A stretch of 64,000 nucleotides of DNA from Callorhinchus milii (taxonomy: Eukaryota), in contig NW_024704745.1 in assembly GCF_018977255.1 (NCBI RefSeq), positions 51,522,001-51,586,000 on the forward strand, read 5' to 3'. Within the stretch, counting starts at the first letter, position 1, and each line of letters opens with the position of its first letter. Positions 11,531 to 25,088 of this stretch are shown one piece after another. Below the pieces are notes generated by a model that ran no database searches, was not told the DNA's origin, and saw only the letters and a list, made by a program, of their open reading frames with translations. The translations under genes were made by a program, and so were the position numbers.

Positions 11531-14090
11531 TATCACCATTGAAGAACAGCAGATGTGTCCATCCTGTTTTTTTTGTGGTAATGACACATTTCCATGTGCC
11601 TTGCATTGGTAAATGGCAGGCAGGAGAGTGGTTGCCTCTCTCTCACTCTCTCTTTCCCCTCATTGAAAGCTGAGAAAAATAAATAGAGTGTTAGCTACAA
11701 AGCACTGGTAGGAAGTAACTGTTGTAGGTCCTTCTCAACCAGGAACTTCATGCACTGGAAAACTTACTTGGTAGCTTCTATTTCTGCAGTCCCTTTATCT
11801 TTCTGTGTAGCTATCAGTCAGGGCGGAAAGAAAAGAAACTAATAGAAATAAAATGAGTAAATTGCAGCACTTCAAAGTATATTCCAATAATGATTACACA
11901 GATGAATACACCAATGATTATTCATCTTCTTTTAAACCCAAATCACACTGTAAAACATCTAAGTAGTAAAATGGATGCAGGACCAATACAAGGTACAAAA
12001 ACAACAACAACTTGTGTTTATATAACGCCCCTCACGCAGGGTATCGTCCCAGAGCGCTTTGTGCATGACTCCCACCTTCTGAGAAACTCAAATGTTCCAG
12101 TAGAGGAATGCAGGCACTACAATGGAATTTAGTTCCACCAATGCAGAGAGCAGGGCAAACAATGTTGCTCGCAAATAAAGTACTGACCTGAAAACATTAA
12201 GGAAAACTAACGTTTACCCAATGCAGGATTTCACAGGCTCTTCAGTACATTTTAGAGTAAAAATTCCACCTGGATCCAGAGTTGTTCTATGCAGCATTTC
12301 TTCTCATTTATTGGTTAATATGATGAGAGCTGCCTTTTTAAAAGCCTCATAGAAACGGAAGTAGACTATTCAGCCCATCAAGCCTGTTCCGCCATTTTAT
12401 AAGATCATGGCTGATCTGTACCTCAAGTCCAGTTACCCCCCCTTGCCCCAGATCCCTTAATACCCTGAACCAACAAATATCTCATCACTGGATCTATTTT
12501 GCAAGCAGGCTGGTTTGTGCTGACCTTGCTTTAGATGCAAAGGACTTCGGTGAGAATGAATGATAGTGACCAATTTATTTGAGCCTGTGTCTAATCATAC
12601 CAATTGGAAACATAATGACAAAGGGTAAAGTGTTACAGTGATGTCAGAGACTTAGAAAGAAAGCTTCACAAATAACTCCTATCAAGTGTAGTGACTGTTT
12701 TTGTAGACAAACGCAATGGCAAGTTCCCCAAACAAATACGAGATGCATGACCATTCAATCTGTAAATATTTGGGCAACTCAGTAACTGCGGCATTGCAAT
12801 AGCTGGCCCAACAATGCAACATGGTGTAAAGGGCAGTGCTGTTCAGCAGTCAGCACAGGTTCTCACGAGCAAGATAATCTGCGTGGTTCTCTTGCCTCAT
12901 AGCAACAGATTTAAAGAGCACAATTGCCCAAGGAGGGGGGGGTTGAAAGGCAGAATCATTTACAAACTGCGATTGATATAACACCTTCATTTGTGGATGT
13001 AATTCAGTTAAATAGAAATGTCTTTATCTTTATTTGAAAAAGGAAAGAGACAAAGTGAATGTTATTGTAGCTACAAAGTCATCGTCTATTTCAAACGTTG
13101 GAGGCTCCAGTTTCAACCTTGGAGTTTAGCTGGGATGTGACCTGTGCAAATGAAGTTATGAGAAAAGTGAAACATTTTGATTTTGAGCACATAAAAATGA
13201 GCAACAACTAGTTAAAATAGTTACAGAATATTGCATCTGCCAGTTTTCTGCATGGAAGTTTCGATAGTGTACACCCTCAGTCTTTCCACAACAGGGTATC
13301 AAGACTGGCATCAGAATAATACATGGAGAAGTCTTGAGTTGTAAATATAAATTCCATTAAAGAAAAGGTCAGAACATCCAAAGAGGCTCCATTTATAATC
13401 TTAGGAATAATTTGACATGAGGATAATAGCCGCCTTCGTTCCCTCTTAAATAATCTTTTAACCCACCTCTCATAAAAAAGACGTGGAATATATCTCAAAC
13501 ATCACTAACAGCTATTCTGAAAATAGACAACTTCCTTCCTCAGACTGGGCTCCATTTTAACTCAAATCATAATGGTGAACGACACAGACCTAGAATAGAT
13601 TCTTGCCAATCTACAATATAACCTTACAGTGGAATAATTTTGAAAGTCAACTCAAGAACTAACAATAAGAATGTTGCAATCATTTAATGTGTTATGAATC
13701 TAACATCATTTAATATGTATTAGTTATTAAGGAATATTGGGCAATGGACCAGGCTAAATAAAATGAACCAGTCTGGTAATGAAAAGAGTGACTTGACAGT
13801 AAGTAACAAATCCACGAAAACATCAAACGGTCTCTCTTCAGAGTTGTCATGATCTTATATAGAAGATAGAAAATACAAATACAACATCGATTGTCTTTTT
13901 CAAAAAAATAATTCCACCTCTATTTCTCAGCTTCAAAAGTCTTTGGGCTTCTGTAGTTAAGAACAACAGGCTTCTTACAACTGAAGCAGTTACATGAGCA
14001 GAAAGTGACACATCAATCCAGTTGATCAGAATACTAGAAAGCTCTTGGAGTAGCTAATGGTTATCTTCTGGAACAAACAATCTTTTCATA

Positions 14091-14455
14091 TGTCCAGTAA
14101 CGTAGTGGTTAGCATGCTCGTCTCACAAGCGAGAATACAACGGGTTCGATTCCCGGACGGGACAAAAACTTAGGCAAGTTTCCTTACTCCACACGCCTCT
14201 ATTTACCTAGCAGTAAGTAGGATCCAGATTGTTAGTCAATTGGCGGATCACTTTCCGGGGTTAATAATCCCTCCCCCCAAAAAACTCAATCCACAACTGT
14301 TTACGAGACACTTCTGTGCAAAATTGGCTGCCACATTTTGCCCACAAAATATACAGTCAATCTACTTTACAATATATTCTGTGAAGCACTTTGAGACATC
14401 TTAACAATGTGATAACGCGCTATATCAAATGCAAGAATGATTCTATTATTATTAT
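14091..14455 (+). mobile_element. tRNA-derived SINE, long subfamily
   Basis: tRNA head with A box and B box (GTTCGATTCC), central body, L2-like 3' end, (ATT)n tail. Confidence 0.9.
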
Positions 14456-14593
14456 CCTCTCTGTGACATTGCAGCATGTTGGTATACAATCCAATTTTCA
14501 CAGTAAGAAAGGTGAGAATAACCTAGTGTTGGATAAAGAAGGACACTAACCAATGTCCTTCTTATGGTCAGGTTCAACTTTCCTCCATCTTCA

Positions 14594-14964
14594 TGGAGTC
14601 TGTAGCTCAGTGGTTAGAGCACACGCCTCACAAGTGAGAGTCCTGGGTTCGATCCCCGGCAGGACAAATTGTTGGGCAAGTTTCCTTACATGCCTCTGTT
14701 TACCTAACAGTAAGTAGAAACCCGGTTGTTAGTCAATTGGCGGATTGCTTTTCCAGGGATAATAATCCCTCAAGAAAAAAACAATAATAATTTGGTCACT
14801 CAATTCACGACTGTTGTAGGACACTGCTGTGAGCAATTGGCTGCCTCGTTTCGCCCACAAATATATAAGCAATTCACTTTACAGTATATTCTGTGAAGGG
14901 CTTTGAGTCTTCTAGAAGATGTGAAAAATGCTATATCAAATGCAAGGATTATTATTATTATTAT
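14594..14964 (+). mobile_element. tRNA-derived SINE, long subfamily
   Basis: TAGCTCAGTGGTTAGAGC A box, GTTCGATCCC B box, same body as other copies, (ATT)n tail; abutted by a short L2 tail remnant. Confidence 0.9.
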
Positions 14965-17900
14965 CTTGGAGATGCTACCCTGCGTGAAGGGTGCTATATA
15001 AGTGCAAGTTGTGTTTGTTATCTCAACAGATAAAATGGGGTCTAAATTGTAGGAGTTACAACAAGTTAAACTTGAATGTCTCACAACCAACTCTGTGGAA
15101 TTCCGCTCGAATGACAATTTCAAGTTAAAAACTAAGATCACTGTCTGAAGAGAGCCTCAGAGGGTCAGGTGTGATGTATCGAGTACTCACTAGCTCTGAA
15201 TCCTTTTGAAACTTGTGCAATTTAGATCCCAATATGTTTTCCAAAACGCATATTTTTTCAAGCTCTTCTGGAACATTAGAATAATTTGCAGTACTTTTTG
15301 TTATTAAATCAGTCTCACTGATGTATTTGGTCTAAGTCTAAAATGTAAAAATTGGAAGAAAACCAATTACACGATTATCAAGTCTGACAGTAAACTTTTT
15401 TTTCCCCGTCCCATATTTCCCTTCTCATCTGAAGGTAATGGCTCTTGCTGGTGCTGTTCCACAGAAACTGGCAGCTCCTCAATAACTCAAATAAGTGTCC
15501 ATTCTTCATAGGTGAGTCTCGACAGTGAGTGTCAGCAAGCTATTTGACTATTTAACACAACATATGGAAACCCAATGCTGTACTCACCTGAAATACACAC
15601 TGAACAATCACTGGGAGCGGGACCCTAACAAAATAAATTAGAAATCAACTGGAGCACACTTCTCCGATGCCCTGGTTCATTTCAGCTAACTCAAGGCAAA
15701 TAAGAGACCACACTGGGAATTGTATCCATTTCCCAAACCATCACTAAAACCTTTTCTCATTTTCTTTTGAATGCGAGTCCAATATTCTAACAGACGGTTC
15801 TATCCCTATATTGATAGCAGTCCCACCTCAAGATACAATACAGTAAAAATGCCACAATAATGGGCATATACACACGTGACAATGTTGCTCCAAGCAGAGC
15901 AGTCCCAGAAGTTCAAGGCAAAGCTCACGTTTGGCCTCCTCCTCTGAGTTATGCTTCTTCGTAGTGTTCACTGTGTAGTTTTTGAAATACGATGTTTATG
16001 GACAAGCTCATAAATTGCCTCAAGTGTAGATACTTTACAATTTTGCAGCAGTTCTTGAAGTTTCCCTTTGACATTCTCATTTCCTTTGAAATTCGTAATC
16101 CGAGAGCCAAAGATATGAGACTGTCTTCTTCGCAACATGATGCTCTGAATTCTGTTTACTGTAGTTTCTGAATAATTATCAGACAAAGAAGGTCTAATAA
16201 TAATAATAAAAGATTCTGTACACAAAATAGTACATACCAATGGAGCACCGGATCAAGCCAGCTCTATAGATAGTGCTGTATGTGTATTTCAAAAGATATT
16301 CCAGGGGAGGGCAGCAAACTGCTTATTTCTGAACTTTTGAAATGTACAGTACTTGGAAAGCAAGCTTGTCAATGCATTTTATCCAAACAAAACCGGCTGC
16401 ATTTTATCCAAACAAAACCCTGCCCACACAGTTTTCTACATTGGATGTTTACTGATCTCAAAGTAACAACATGGGTGCCAAATAGAGGGATAACATAGGG
16501 ACTTTTCAGGAGAGCAAAACTCCAGGAGTTTCTTCCAGAGTTTTCTCATGCTTGTCAGAGGTTAAAGAACACTGCTTAGTCACCAAACCTACAGAGACCA
16601 TGTCATTGGCCATGTACGGTGAAGGGAACAAGAATCAGATGCAACATCTTGCAAAGACAGCTGTGTAGTCTAAGTTTAGTTCCCTGATCTCACCCAAAGT
16701 AATGTTATTACTTGCCTTAGTATGTCTGAGCTGTGGAAAACAGTATGGGTTTCTGGTGCTGATTGACAGCTAATGGGCACTGCTGGAAAGTGCAGTTTGG
16801 AGGGGGCAAGTTTAGGCTCGACTGTTTGAGACAGAGATGAACATGAGTCACATGGGTAGGATACAGCTGTGCACCCAGTGCTCATGGAACCATATCATAG
16901 CAAGATTCAGCATCTTCAGGAGAAAAACTTTTAACCAAGTAAGCCCGGTTGACAGTTAATAAGGTATATTTTAGAAAATACTCTATATTGTAGTAATGTA
17001 CAGTTTACAAACTTCCTATTGTATGAAATAGTGATAGACACATTCAGTTTTGCTAGTATTTCTATTGTGTCAGCCCAAGGCAATGCAATTTCCTCTTTAG
17101 GAGTGACAGAAGCCAATGGCAAGAACTGCAAAGTATAAATTCTATGCTTGATTTTATTGCATCCAGTGAACAAGCAACCAAACATTTAATTGAACTGCTG
17201 CCAAATGATCCATTCGAGTGAACTGACTTAATGCCTCTACCTCTGTGCCTAACCCAGATAACTCACTTGAGATCAGGCACTGGCTATGTAGAGAAACAGG
17301 ACAATGAGCCACATTACCCATTCACCACAGGTATATGCATTCTTAGATACAAATCCCATCAACATTTAAAGCAACCAACTTTACTTTGATCCAAGTTTTC
17401 AACTAATTTTAGTTTCTTAAATACATTAAATATAATGCTGATAAAAGACATTTTTCAAATACATTTAAAATTTCCAACCACATTACTTTACTACAGCATC
17501 TCAAGAAAATTATTGTTTTTTAAGAGACAAAACGTGAGAAAGATTGAAAAAGAAATGTTAAGATCATGGCTTTTCAGGGCAAAGTTTCTGATTGTAGGTA
17601 AATTTCCTGATCTTGGCTATGAGAGCTTACAAAGGGAATATTCTTACTATAATAATATTAATTTTTGCATTTGATATAGTGCCTTATAATGTCATTGAGA
17701 CTCTCAAAGCACTCACAGAATATACTGAAAAATGAATTGACTGTATATTTTGTGGGTAAAACTATATCTTGACATGACACAGCAGACAATGAGATGTGCT
17801 CACCTGGCAATGATGGAAAATTTAATGATCACCAGAGAATGACCTCCTTGATTCCTAACAGTATCAAACTTCAATCAATTATAAATACTGAAGGCAATTA

Positions 17901-19016
17901 AATCTAACATTCATTAGGGAAATCCTGTTAAGAATTCCATGAATACAAGTTGAAGTACTATGGAGCCAGGTTACTGTCCCTTTTTTACAGAAAATCACTG
18001 GACAATGTTTAAATTATCTTTGGTTTGCAGTTGTTTCCGAAATTGTGCACCAATTTTGATTCCACTGGCAATTTAGAGGGAGTATTATTAACACGTTCTT
18101 TTCTCTCTCTCTCTCTCGCAAACAGCTGTGGAGACTTCCATGCATCTGGCTAATTAAGCTAGAGGGAACTGATTAGCAATGAATATGCAAACCTCTAGAT
18201 GAATACACTGTTCAAAAACTGTAAGATAATGAAGAAACCACAAAGTTGTTACGAGATTAGCAATAGTGTTTTCACCACGTGATTTGTATGTGCTGTTAAG
18301 AGCCTTGCTTGTCTCAAGACCATTAATATTATAATGTGTGCTAATCCCTGAACAATAATAATTAAAGATGTTAAAACATGCTTACAAGACCCATATTGTG
18401 TAGCTCACCTGAACTGACAGGAAAACGCACATATATATCCATAGAGATGTCCTTAAATACTGGACGGCAGGAGCGAATCTAAAGATGATTAGATCGAAAT
18501 GAGTGCACATCTTGTGACTGGAACTGTGACAACAGTCAGAAGATGGAAGTAAAAAAGACAATAAACAGGTTCACTTGAATAGTATAAGACATTACATGTA
18601 TCAAAATGTCACAGATGCCATTACTCATCACTTTAATTACATCAACTTTGATCTTGTATCATTCAGGATATGTGAACCTATATAATGTTCTTGTGACTGT
18701 GGGTCAGGCATCAGCCTGTGTAAAATTACAAGGGACCAGCATAGGAAACAAAATATTTCTCTGCATCTATACAGTATGAATAAATCATTCTATTTATGAT
18801 AATGGTAATAATCCTTGAATTGATATAGGGCCGTATCACGTCGTTGAGACAGCCCTAAGTGCTTCACCGAATATACTGTAAAGTGAATTGGCTGTATTTT
18901 TTTTAGTAAAACATTATATTTAACAGTTTGAATCCTTGAAAAGTAGTTTAGCATCAAAATAGTACACGTTTAAAGAATTTACAGAATTAGAATTTATTTC
19001 TTTGCTTGAAATATTA

Positions 19017-19341
19017 GTGGAGTCCTGTAGCTCAGTGGTTAGAGCACTCGCTTTGCAAGTGAGAGACCTGAGTTCAATTCCAGGCAGGGCGAAACCTTGG
19101 GAAAGTTTCCTTACTCCACACGCCTAATAATAATCCCTCCAAAACAAAAAACAATAATAAATTGGTCATTTTCAATCTATGACTGTTTGTGGGACATTGC
19201 TGTACGCAATTGGCTGCCGCGTTCGCCCACAAATATACAGTCAATTCACTTTACAGTGTGTTCTGTGAAGCGCTTTGGGACGTCCTCCCGACGTGAAAAG
19301 CGCTATATCAAATGCAAGGATTATTATTATTATTATTATTA
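19017..19341 (+). mobile_element. tRNA-derived SINE, short subfamily, full length
   Basis: GTGGAGTCCTGTAGCTCAGTGGTTAGAGC head, TTTGCAA anticodon loop, Deu-like TGTTTGTGGGACATTGCTGT..AATTGGCTGCCGCG segment, L2 tail, (ATT)n. Confidence 0.93.
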
Positions 19342-21159
19342 TAGTGGTGCCAAGGCTAAATCCTGGCTACGATCCAGTTTGCATAGACCAGGAATTTAAC
19401 CTGGGACCTTCCTATCTGAATACATTTGAAACTGGGGAAATTTGGACAGCAGATTTTGAACTGGCTTAAGCAAACATCCCTGCTGCTTGTACAGAATACC
19501 AAAACACACAAAACTGCCTCTGTATTTGATTTAACATAAACAGGGCAATACCTGTCTGAAATGATCACTGGGAAGTACATGAAGATCCTCCCCAGATTCC
19601 TGGCTTTCATTTTTTACCTTTCTTTGTTAAATGCCAGGCAATTGACCATTCAGCTGATTGGGATGGGTAAAGCGTCAGAGTGTCGACCTATACTGTAAGC
19701 TCAAGTTTTGTTATAGGCTTGAATCCACAATCATCCCCCCCCCCACTCCCACAAGATGAGAGTGCTACCTACTGAGGCAAGTTGACATATTGTTACGTTT
19801 GTTAATCCATCCAAATAGGGTTTTTCAAACACGTAAATCAAAATAATGTGTCTAATTAGTGAAGCAATCACTGTATTTTCAAATACAATCAAAAGCGAAT
19901 GACTTCAAGTCGCTTACTGTTTCCTTTGTATGTGAACAGACAAGAGACGATCAACTTGTATCTAAATCTTTCTTTGTTAATTATTGCAGATTCCTCAGGA
20001 ATTATGTTTCTATCAGATTCACAGAACTATGGCTTAGTAAGACTTGTGCAATCAGTGGAATCTGAAAAGGCATCTCCCAAGTTATTATTATTATCATTTA
20101 AGTGCATATTTGTTGAATCAGCCACAATGACGGTGTAAAACTCTATTTATGACACTAACAATGATTGAAGGCATTTCAGGAATATGCTCACATTCATAGA
20201 CACAAACAGAACAATGTCATTTCTTGCAACGAAGTGTAATTTTAGTGCAAACTAACATTTAATCATAGCTACTAGAATCAATACTCGTGGCTTTATAATT
20301 CAACCCCATCAGTTGTGGGTCAATAATCTTAAAATTAAACACATCAAATTAATTTGTAATATAGCAACCAAAAAAATTGTCAGATAACTAAAGTTGATCA
20401 ACTAGAAATGATCCAGATTTAAAAAGTCACCACTGTGTTTTTTTTCCCTCTTAGATTTGAAGATAGTGACTTCACAATATCATATTTTTATGATCATTGA
20501 TTAATACAAGAAAAAAACACTGATTTTAATTAGATGAGATGGCAGCATCTTCCAATGCAGTCCCCCAAACCTAGCCTGTCACCATATTAATATTATAATT
20601 TGCACTATGCTGCTTCCCTATTATAAGTGCAATTGGTATGAAATTTTTTACAGATTAGCAGCAACTTTGTTTTTAGATTGGCGTTTCAGATGGGATTTGA
20701 CACTCAACTTTACACTCAACAAATAAGGTACATGAATAATATTTATAAAAAACGTGTGCCGCGGAAAATACATCCCATTTCCTTTCTCCTCATCCAAAAT
20801 CCATTTTATGTTATTTCTACACCTTCTTAAAAGCAGGAATCTTTTGCAGGAATCTATAGCTTTAAATGATCTTCAAATGCTCAAATTTCCAGAATATTTA
20901 GTAGGTTACAATAAGTAAAAATAATACGCAAGTACAATTTGAAAACTCCCTGATGACTCAGTAGCTCAATGTGCTGTAGCTACAAGGTGTCTCAATAACA
21001 ATAGGAACAACAACAACAAATTACACTTGTATAGCATCCTTCACTTTGGAAAGACGTCCCAGGGCTGCTGGACAGTCAGGGTTCTTTGGAACATAGGAAT
21101 TGCTGGACAAAAAAGACTAAGGTTCATCTAGTCAATCGGGAGCAAAGTCAGGAGAGCGC

Positions 21160-21303
21160 GGGGCGGAGCCAAGGACGAGCTGCAGGTATAAAGCCCAGCC
21201 AGGTGAGGAGCCACTCAGTCGAGAGCGGAGTCAGGAGAGAGCGGGGGGGTGGGGTAAGTGACGGGGCGGTGTTTATTCACAAAGTGACGTTGGCGTAACG
21301 TCA
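21160..21303 (+). promoter_or_regulatory. Compact Pol II promoter-like module immediately 5' of an L2 copy
   Basis: GC box GGGGCGGAGC 21160-21169, TATAAA 21187-21192, Inr-like TCAGTC with A at 21217, donor-like gtaagt 21254-21259, inverted half-CRE pair 21285-21303. Confidence 0.45.
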
Positions 21304-21329
21304 TAATTTTAAAAAAACACAGCAATAAC

Positions 21330-24300
21330 AGCAACAACAACGGCCTGGCAGCCCCTGGCACTACCATCCCAGCCATGACCACACAGGCTGAGGGCTGATG
21401 CCTTCCCTCTGATCGCTCACTCCCGGTCTCTGTGTGCACGTTTTGGCTGCCGCCCCGACCCGAGCCTCCCCCTCCACTCTAAATGTCTCTCCTCCCATTC
21501 CCTTCTATCAGCTACTCCCCCTCTGTCCTTCTCTCCCACCGCTCTCCACGCCTTCTCTCTCTCCTCGACCCTATCACCACTTTCCTCTGCTCCAGCCTGG
21601 GCATCCTCCGCCGGGCCCATCGTGGCTCCCGTCACTGGCTGTCCCAGAGCAAGTGTCCAATCATTTACTCCCTCCGCTCAAACCGCCTCCTTAAGGCAAA
21701 CACAATTTCCCCCTCCCTCATACGTACCCTCCCCAGCTTTCCACTCACACCACTCTCCACAACCATCTCTCCTGTACACCCCAAAATCCTCTCTGCACCA
21801 CTCTCTCCTCCCTCTCCTCCCTCCAGCAAACCCACCCGCATTTCCCTCCAAAATGTCCGTTCCCTTTCAAACAAAGCCCTCACCATCCATGACCTCATCC
21901 TGGACAAGTACCTTAATATTCTTGGGCTCACCAAAACCTGGCTCTCCCCCAATGACCCCAGCCCCCTAGTTGAAGCCTCTCCTCCAGGCTACACCTTCCA
22001 CCACCCCCCCCCCCCGTCCAAACCAATGTGGTGGCGGGGTGGCCCTCATCTCCAAAGCCTCCCTTGGTCTTAACCCTACTCCTCTGGCTGCTTCCCTTCC
22101 TTCGAGCACCTCACCCTCTTCCATCCCTCTCTCCCACTGAAAATCCTCCTGGTCTACCGCCCCCCTTAGCCCCCCGGCTTCTTCCACACAGACATCTCTA
22201 CTCTCCTCTCTTTCCTGTCCCTCTGCTCCGAACGCCTGCTCATAATGGGTGATGTCAACCTCCACCTAAACTCCCCTTGCACCACTTCTGCTGACTTCGC
22301 TGCTCTCCTCTGCTTCCTGAACCTCACCCCTCACATAAATTCACCCACCCACAACTGTGGCCATGCCCTCGACCTCGTCATCACACATGGCCTTGGCATT
22401 TCCGACCTTAGCAAAGTGGACAAGGCCATCTCGGACCACTTCCTCATCTCCTTCTTCTCTCACATCTCTCTCTCCTCCACCAAGCCCTCAACCATTCTCT
22501 ACCGTCCATGGAAAAGGCTACCCCCTGAAACCCTCACAAAGGCCCTCACATCATCAAACATCCTATCCTTCTGGCCTTCCACCCGCGGAGATCCTGAAGC
22601 AGCCATCCAGCTGCTCCATGATCGCCTCTCCTCCACCTTCAAAATAATAATAATCCTTGCATTTGATATAGCGCTTTTCACGTTGGGAGGGCGTCCCAAA
22701 GCGTTTCACAGAACACACTGTAAAGTGAATTGACTGTATATTTGTGGGCGAACGCGGCAGCCAATTGCACACAGCAAGGTCCCACAAACAGTCGTAGATT
22801 GAAAATGACCAATTTAATTATTGTTTTTTGGAGGGATTATTATTAGGCGTGTGGAATAAGGAAACTTGCCTAAGATTTCGCCCTGCCTGGAATTGAACTC
22901 AGGTCTCTCACTTGCAAAACAAATGCTCTAACCACTGAGCTGCAGGACTCCACGTCCCCCTGAAATCCAGGACCATCTCAAAACCCACCCAGTCCCCCAA
23001 GTACAACAACCATCTCCGTTGCCTAAAAACCCAAACCCGGCTGCTCGAGGGCAGATGGCAGAAAACTGGCCTGACAGTTCACCGTCAACTGTGGCTCGAG
23101 CATCTCTACAGCTACCGCCATTCTTTGACATGTGCAAAAACGGCTTTCTACTCCAATATCATCTTGGAGGCTAAAAACAATCCTAAAATCCTTTTTTCCA
23201 TCAACCACTACCTCCTCCGTGCCCACCCTCAGGCCTCCTAATCTTCACATCCAATGCCAAGTGTGAGGAGGCCATGGACTTCTTTTCATCCAAAATACAC
23301 AACATCACCAGGCAGCCTCATCCGCCTGCTTCTTGTCAACCACCACCACCTCTCCGTCCCCCTCACCCTCCCCATCATCAGCTCCTACCACGACCCCCAT
23401 CCTACGTTCCTTCCTCCCCATCTCTCCCTCCTCCCTCTCACCCACCATCACCTCAATGAAAGCCACCACCTGCTGCCTCGACCCCCTCCCCACCAACTTA
23501 CTGGTCAACCAGCTCCCCCTCCTCTGCCCACTACTGGCTGATGTCATCAACCAGTCCCTCTCCTCCGGATCAGCCCCTGCCCCCCTCAAAACTGCTGTCA
23601 TCACCCCCGTCCTCAAAAAAACTTCTCTCGATCCCTCAAACCCAGCCACTACCATCCTATTTCAAACCTGCCCTTCCTCGCAAAAGTCCTAGAACGCGTT
23701 GTTGCAAATCAACTCTGCGCACACCTCTCCTCCCACTCCCTCTTTGAACCCCTCCAATCCAGTTTCCACCCTGCCCACAGTATAGAGACTGCACTTGTGA
23801 AAGTCACAAATGACATCCTCTCTACCTGTGACCAGGGCTCCCTCAGCCTCCTGTCCGCCGCATTCGACACAGTCGATCACGCCATCCTCCTCCACTGCCT
23901 TTCCTCCGTCATCCACCTCAGTGGGACCGTACTCCCCTGGTTCGAGTCCTACCTCACAAACCACCAGCAGAACATCTGCACAAACGGCTTCTCCTCCCGC
24001 TCTCACCCAGTTACCTGCGGAGTACCCCAAGGATCCATCCTTGGCCCCTCCTCTTTCTGATCTACATGCTCCCTCTTGCGGACATCATCCGTAGACATGG
24101 GGTACACTTCCACATATATGCGGATGACACCCAACTCTATTTTTCCACCTCTCTTTGCGACCCCCCCAACCCCCAGTCCCCTGATGTTCTGTCAGCCTGC
24201 CTGTCAGACCTCAGGAGCTAGACGAGCGCAAATTTCCTTCAGCTGAACATTGACAAGACGGAAGCCATCCTCTTTTGGCTCTCGTCAACATCTAAAATCA

Positions 24301-25088
24301 CATGGTTCTCATCTCCTCCACCTACCCGACCTCCCACTAAAACTCTCCGAACCCATACGCAACCTAGGCGTCAGGTTCGACCCCCAATTATCCTTCCTCC
24401 CCCACATTCGGTCCCTCACTAGTACCGCTTTCTTCCATCTCCGACAAATTGCCAGTCTCTGACAATATCTCACTCCATAAGCCGTTGAAACCCTGATCCA
24501 TGCCTTTGTCACCTCTCGGCTGGACTATTCAAATGCCCACCTTGCCGGTCTCCCCTCCACTACCATCCTTAAAATCCAGGTCATACAAAACTCTGCCGCC
24601 TGCATTCTTACCCGCATCAAACTCCGCTACCCGATTACCCCAGTCCTTGCCAGACTGCACTGGCTGCCTGTCCTAGAGAGGATCGACTTCAAGGATCAAC
24701 TTCAAGACCTCACCTTTGACTTCAAATCCCTCCACTCCTCTGCACCCCCCCTACCTCTCTGACCTCCCTCTCCTCAAAATAGTGCCCGTTGCCTTCGTTC
24801 CATTGGGTCTGGCCTCCTCCTCGTCCCCCGAATCCTCCGCTCCACCCTCGTCGGCCGTGCCTTCAGCCACTATGCCCCGAGGCTCTGGAACTACCTTCCT
24901 CACTCCCTTCGCCTCGCCCCTTCTCTTCCTTTTTTCAGGTTTCGGCTGAAGACCTTTCTTTTCGACCGTGCCTTTGGTCACCTTCCTCCCTCTCCCCCTG
25001 GCTCGGCCCTGGGATCCGTTACTATGAAGTGCTCTGAGACGCCGTCCGGCGTGGAGGGAGCTATACAAATCCAAATTATTGTTGTTGT
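21330..25088 (+). mobile_element. Near full-length degenerate L2-clade LINE (second family), interrupted by a SINE
   Basis: QNVRSL, GLTKTWL, MGDVNLH, GHALDLV (APE); [26 protein letters not shown] (RT); LHWLPV; 3' stem-loop and short (TTG)n tail; 5' boundary approximate. Confidence 0.92.
22643..22953 (-). mobile_element. tRNA-derived SINE, short subfamily, nested in L2 ORF2
   Basis: Reverse complement of the 19017 copy; L2 coding sequence resumes on both sides. Confidence 0.93.

Noticed and set aside
16373-16419. 22-bp tandem duplication (similar small ones near 30380 and 55380)
   Set aside because: Ordinary slippage products.
16716-16913. Possible extra exon with a GC donor (similar candidate near 25150-25350)
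   Set aside because: Needs a frameshift or several stops to fit the exon chain, so too weak to include.
18120-18200. Cluster of TAATTA, SOX-like and octamer-like words suggesting an enhancer
   Set aside because: Short AT-rich motifs are expected by chance and no conservation data are available.
19017-19091. tRNA-Ala-like cloverleafs at SINE heads (also 14091, 14594 and others)
   Set aside because: Each runs directly into a SINE body and tail with an imperfect acceptor stem, so they are not tRNA genes.
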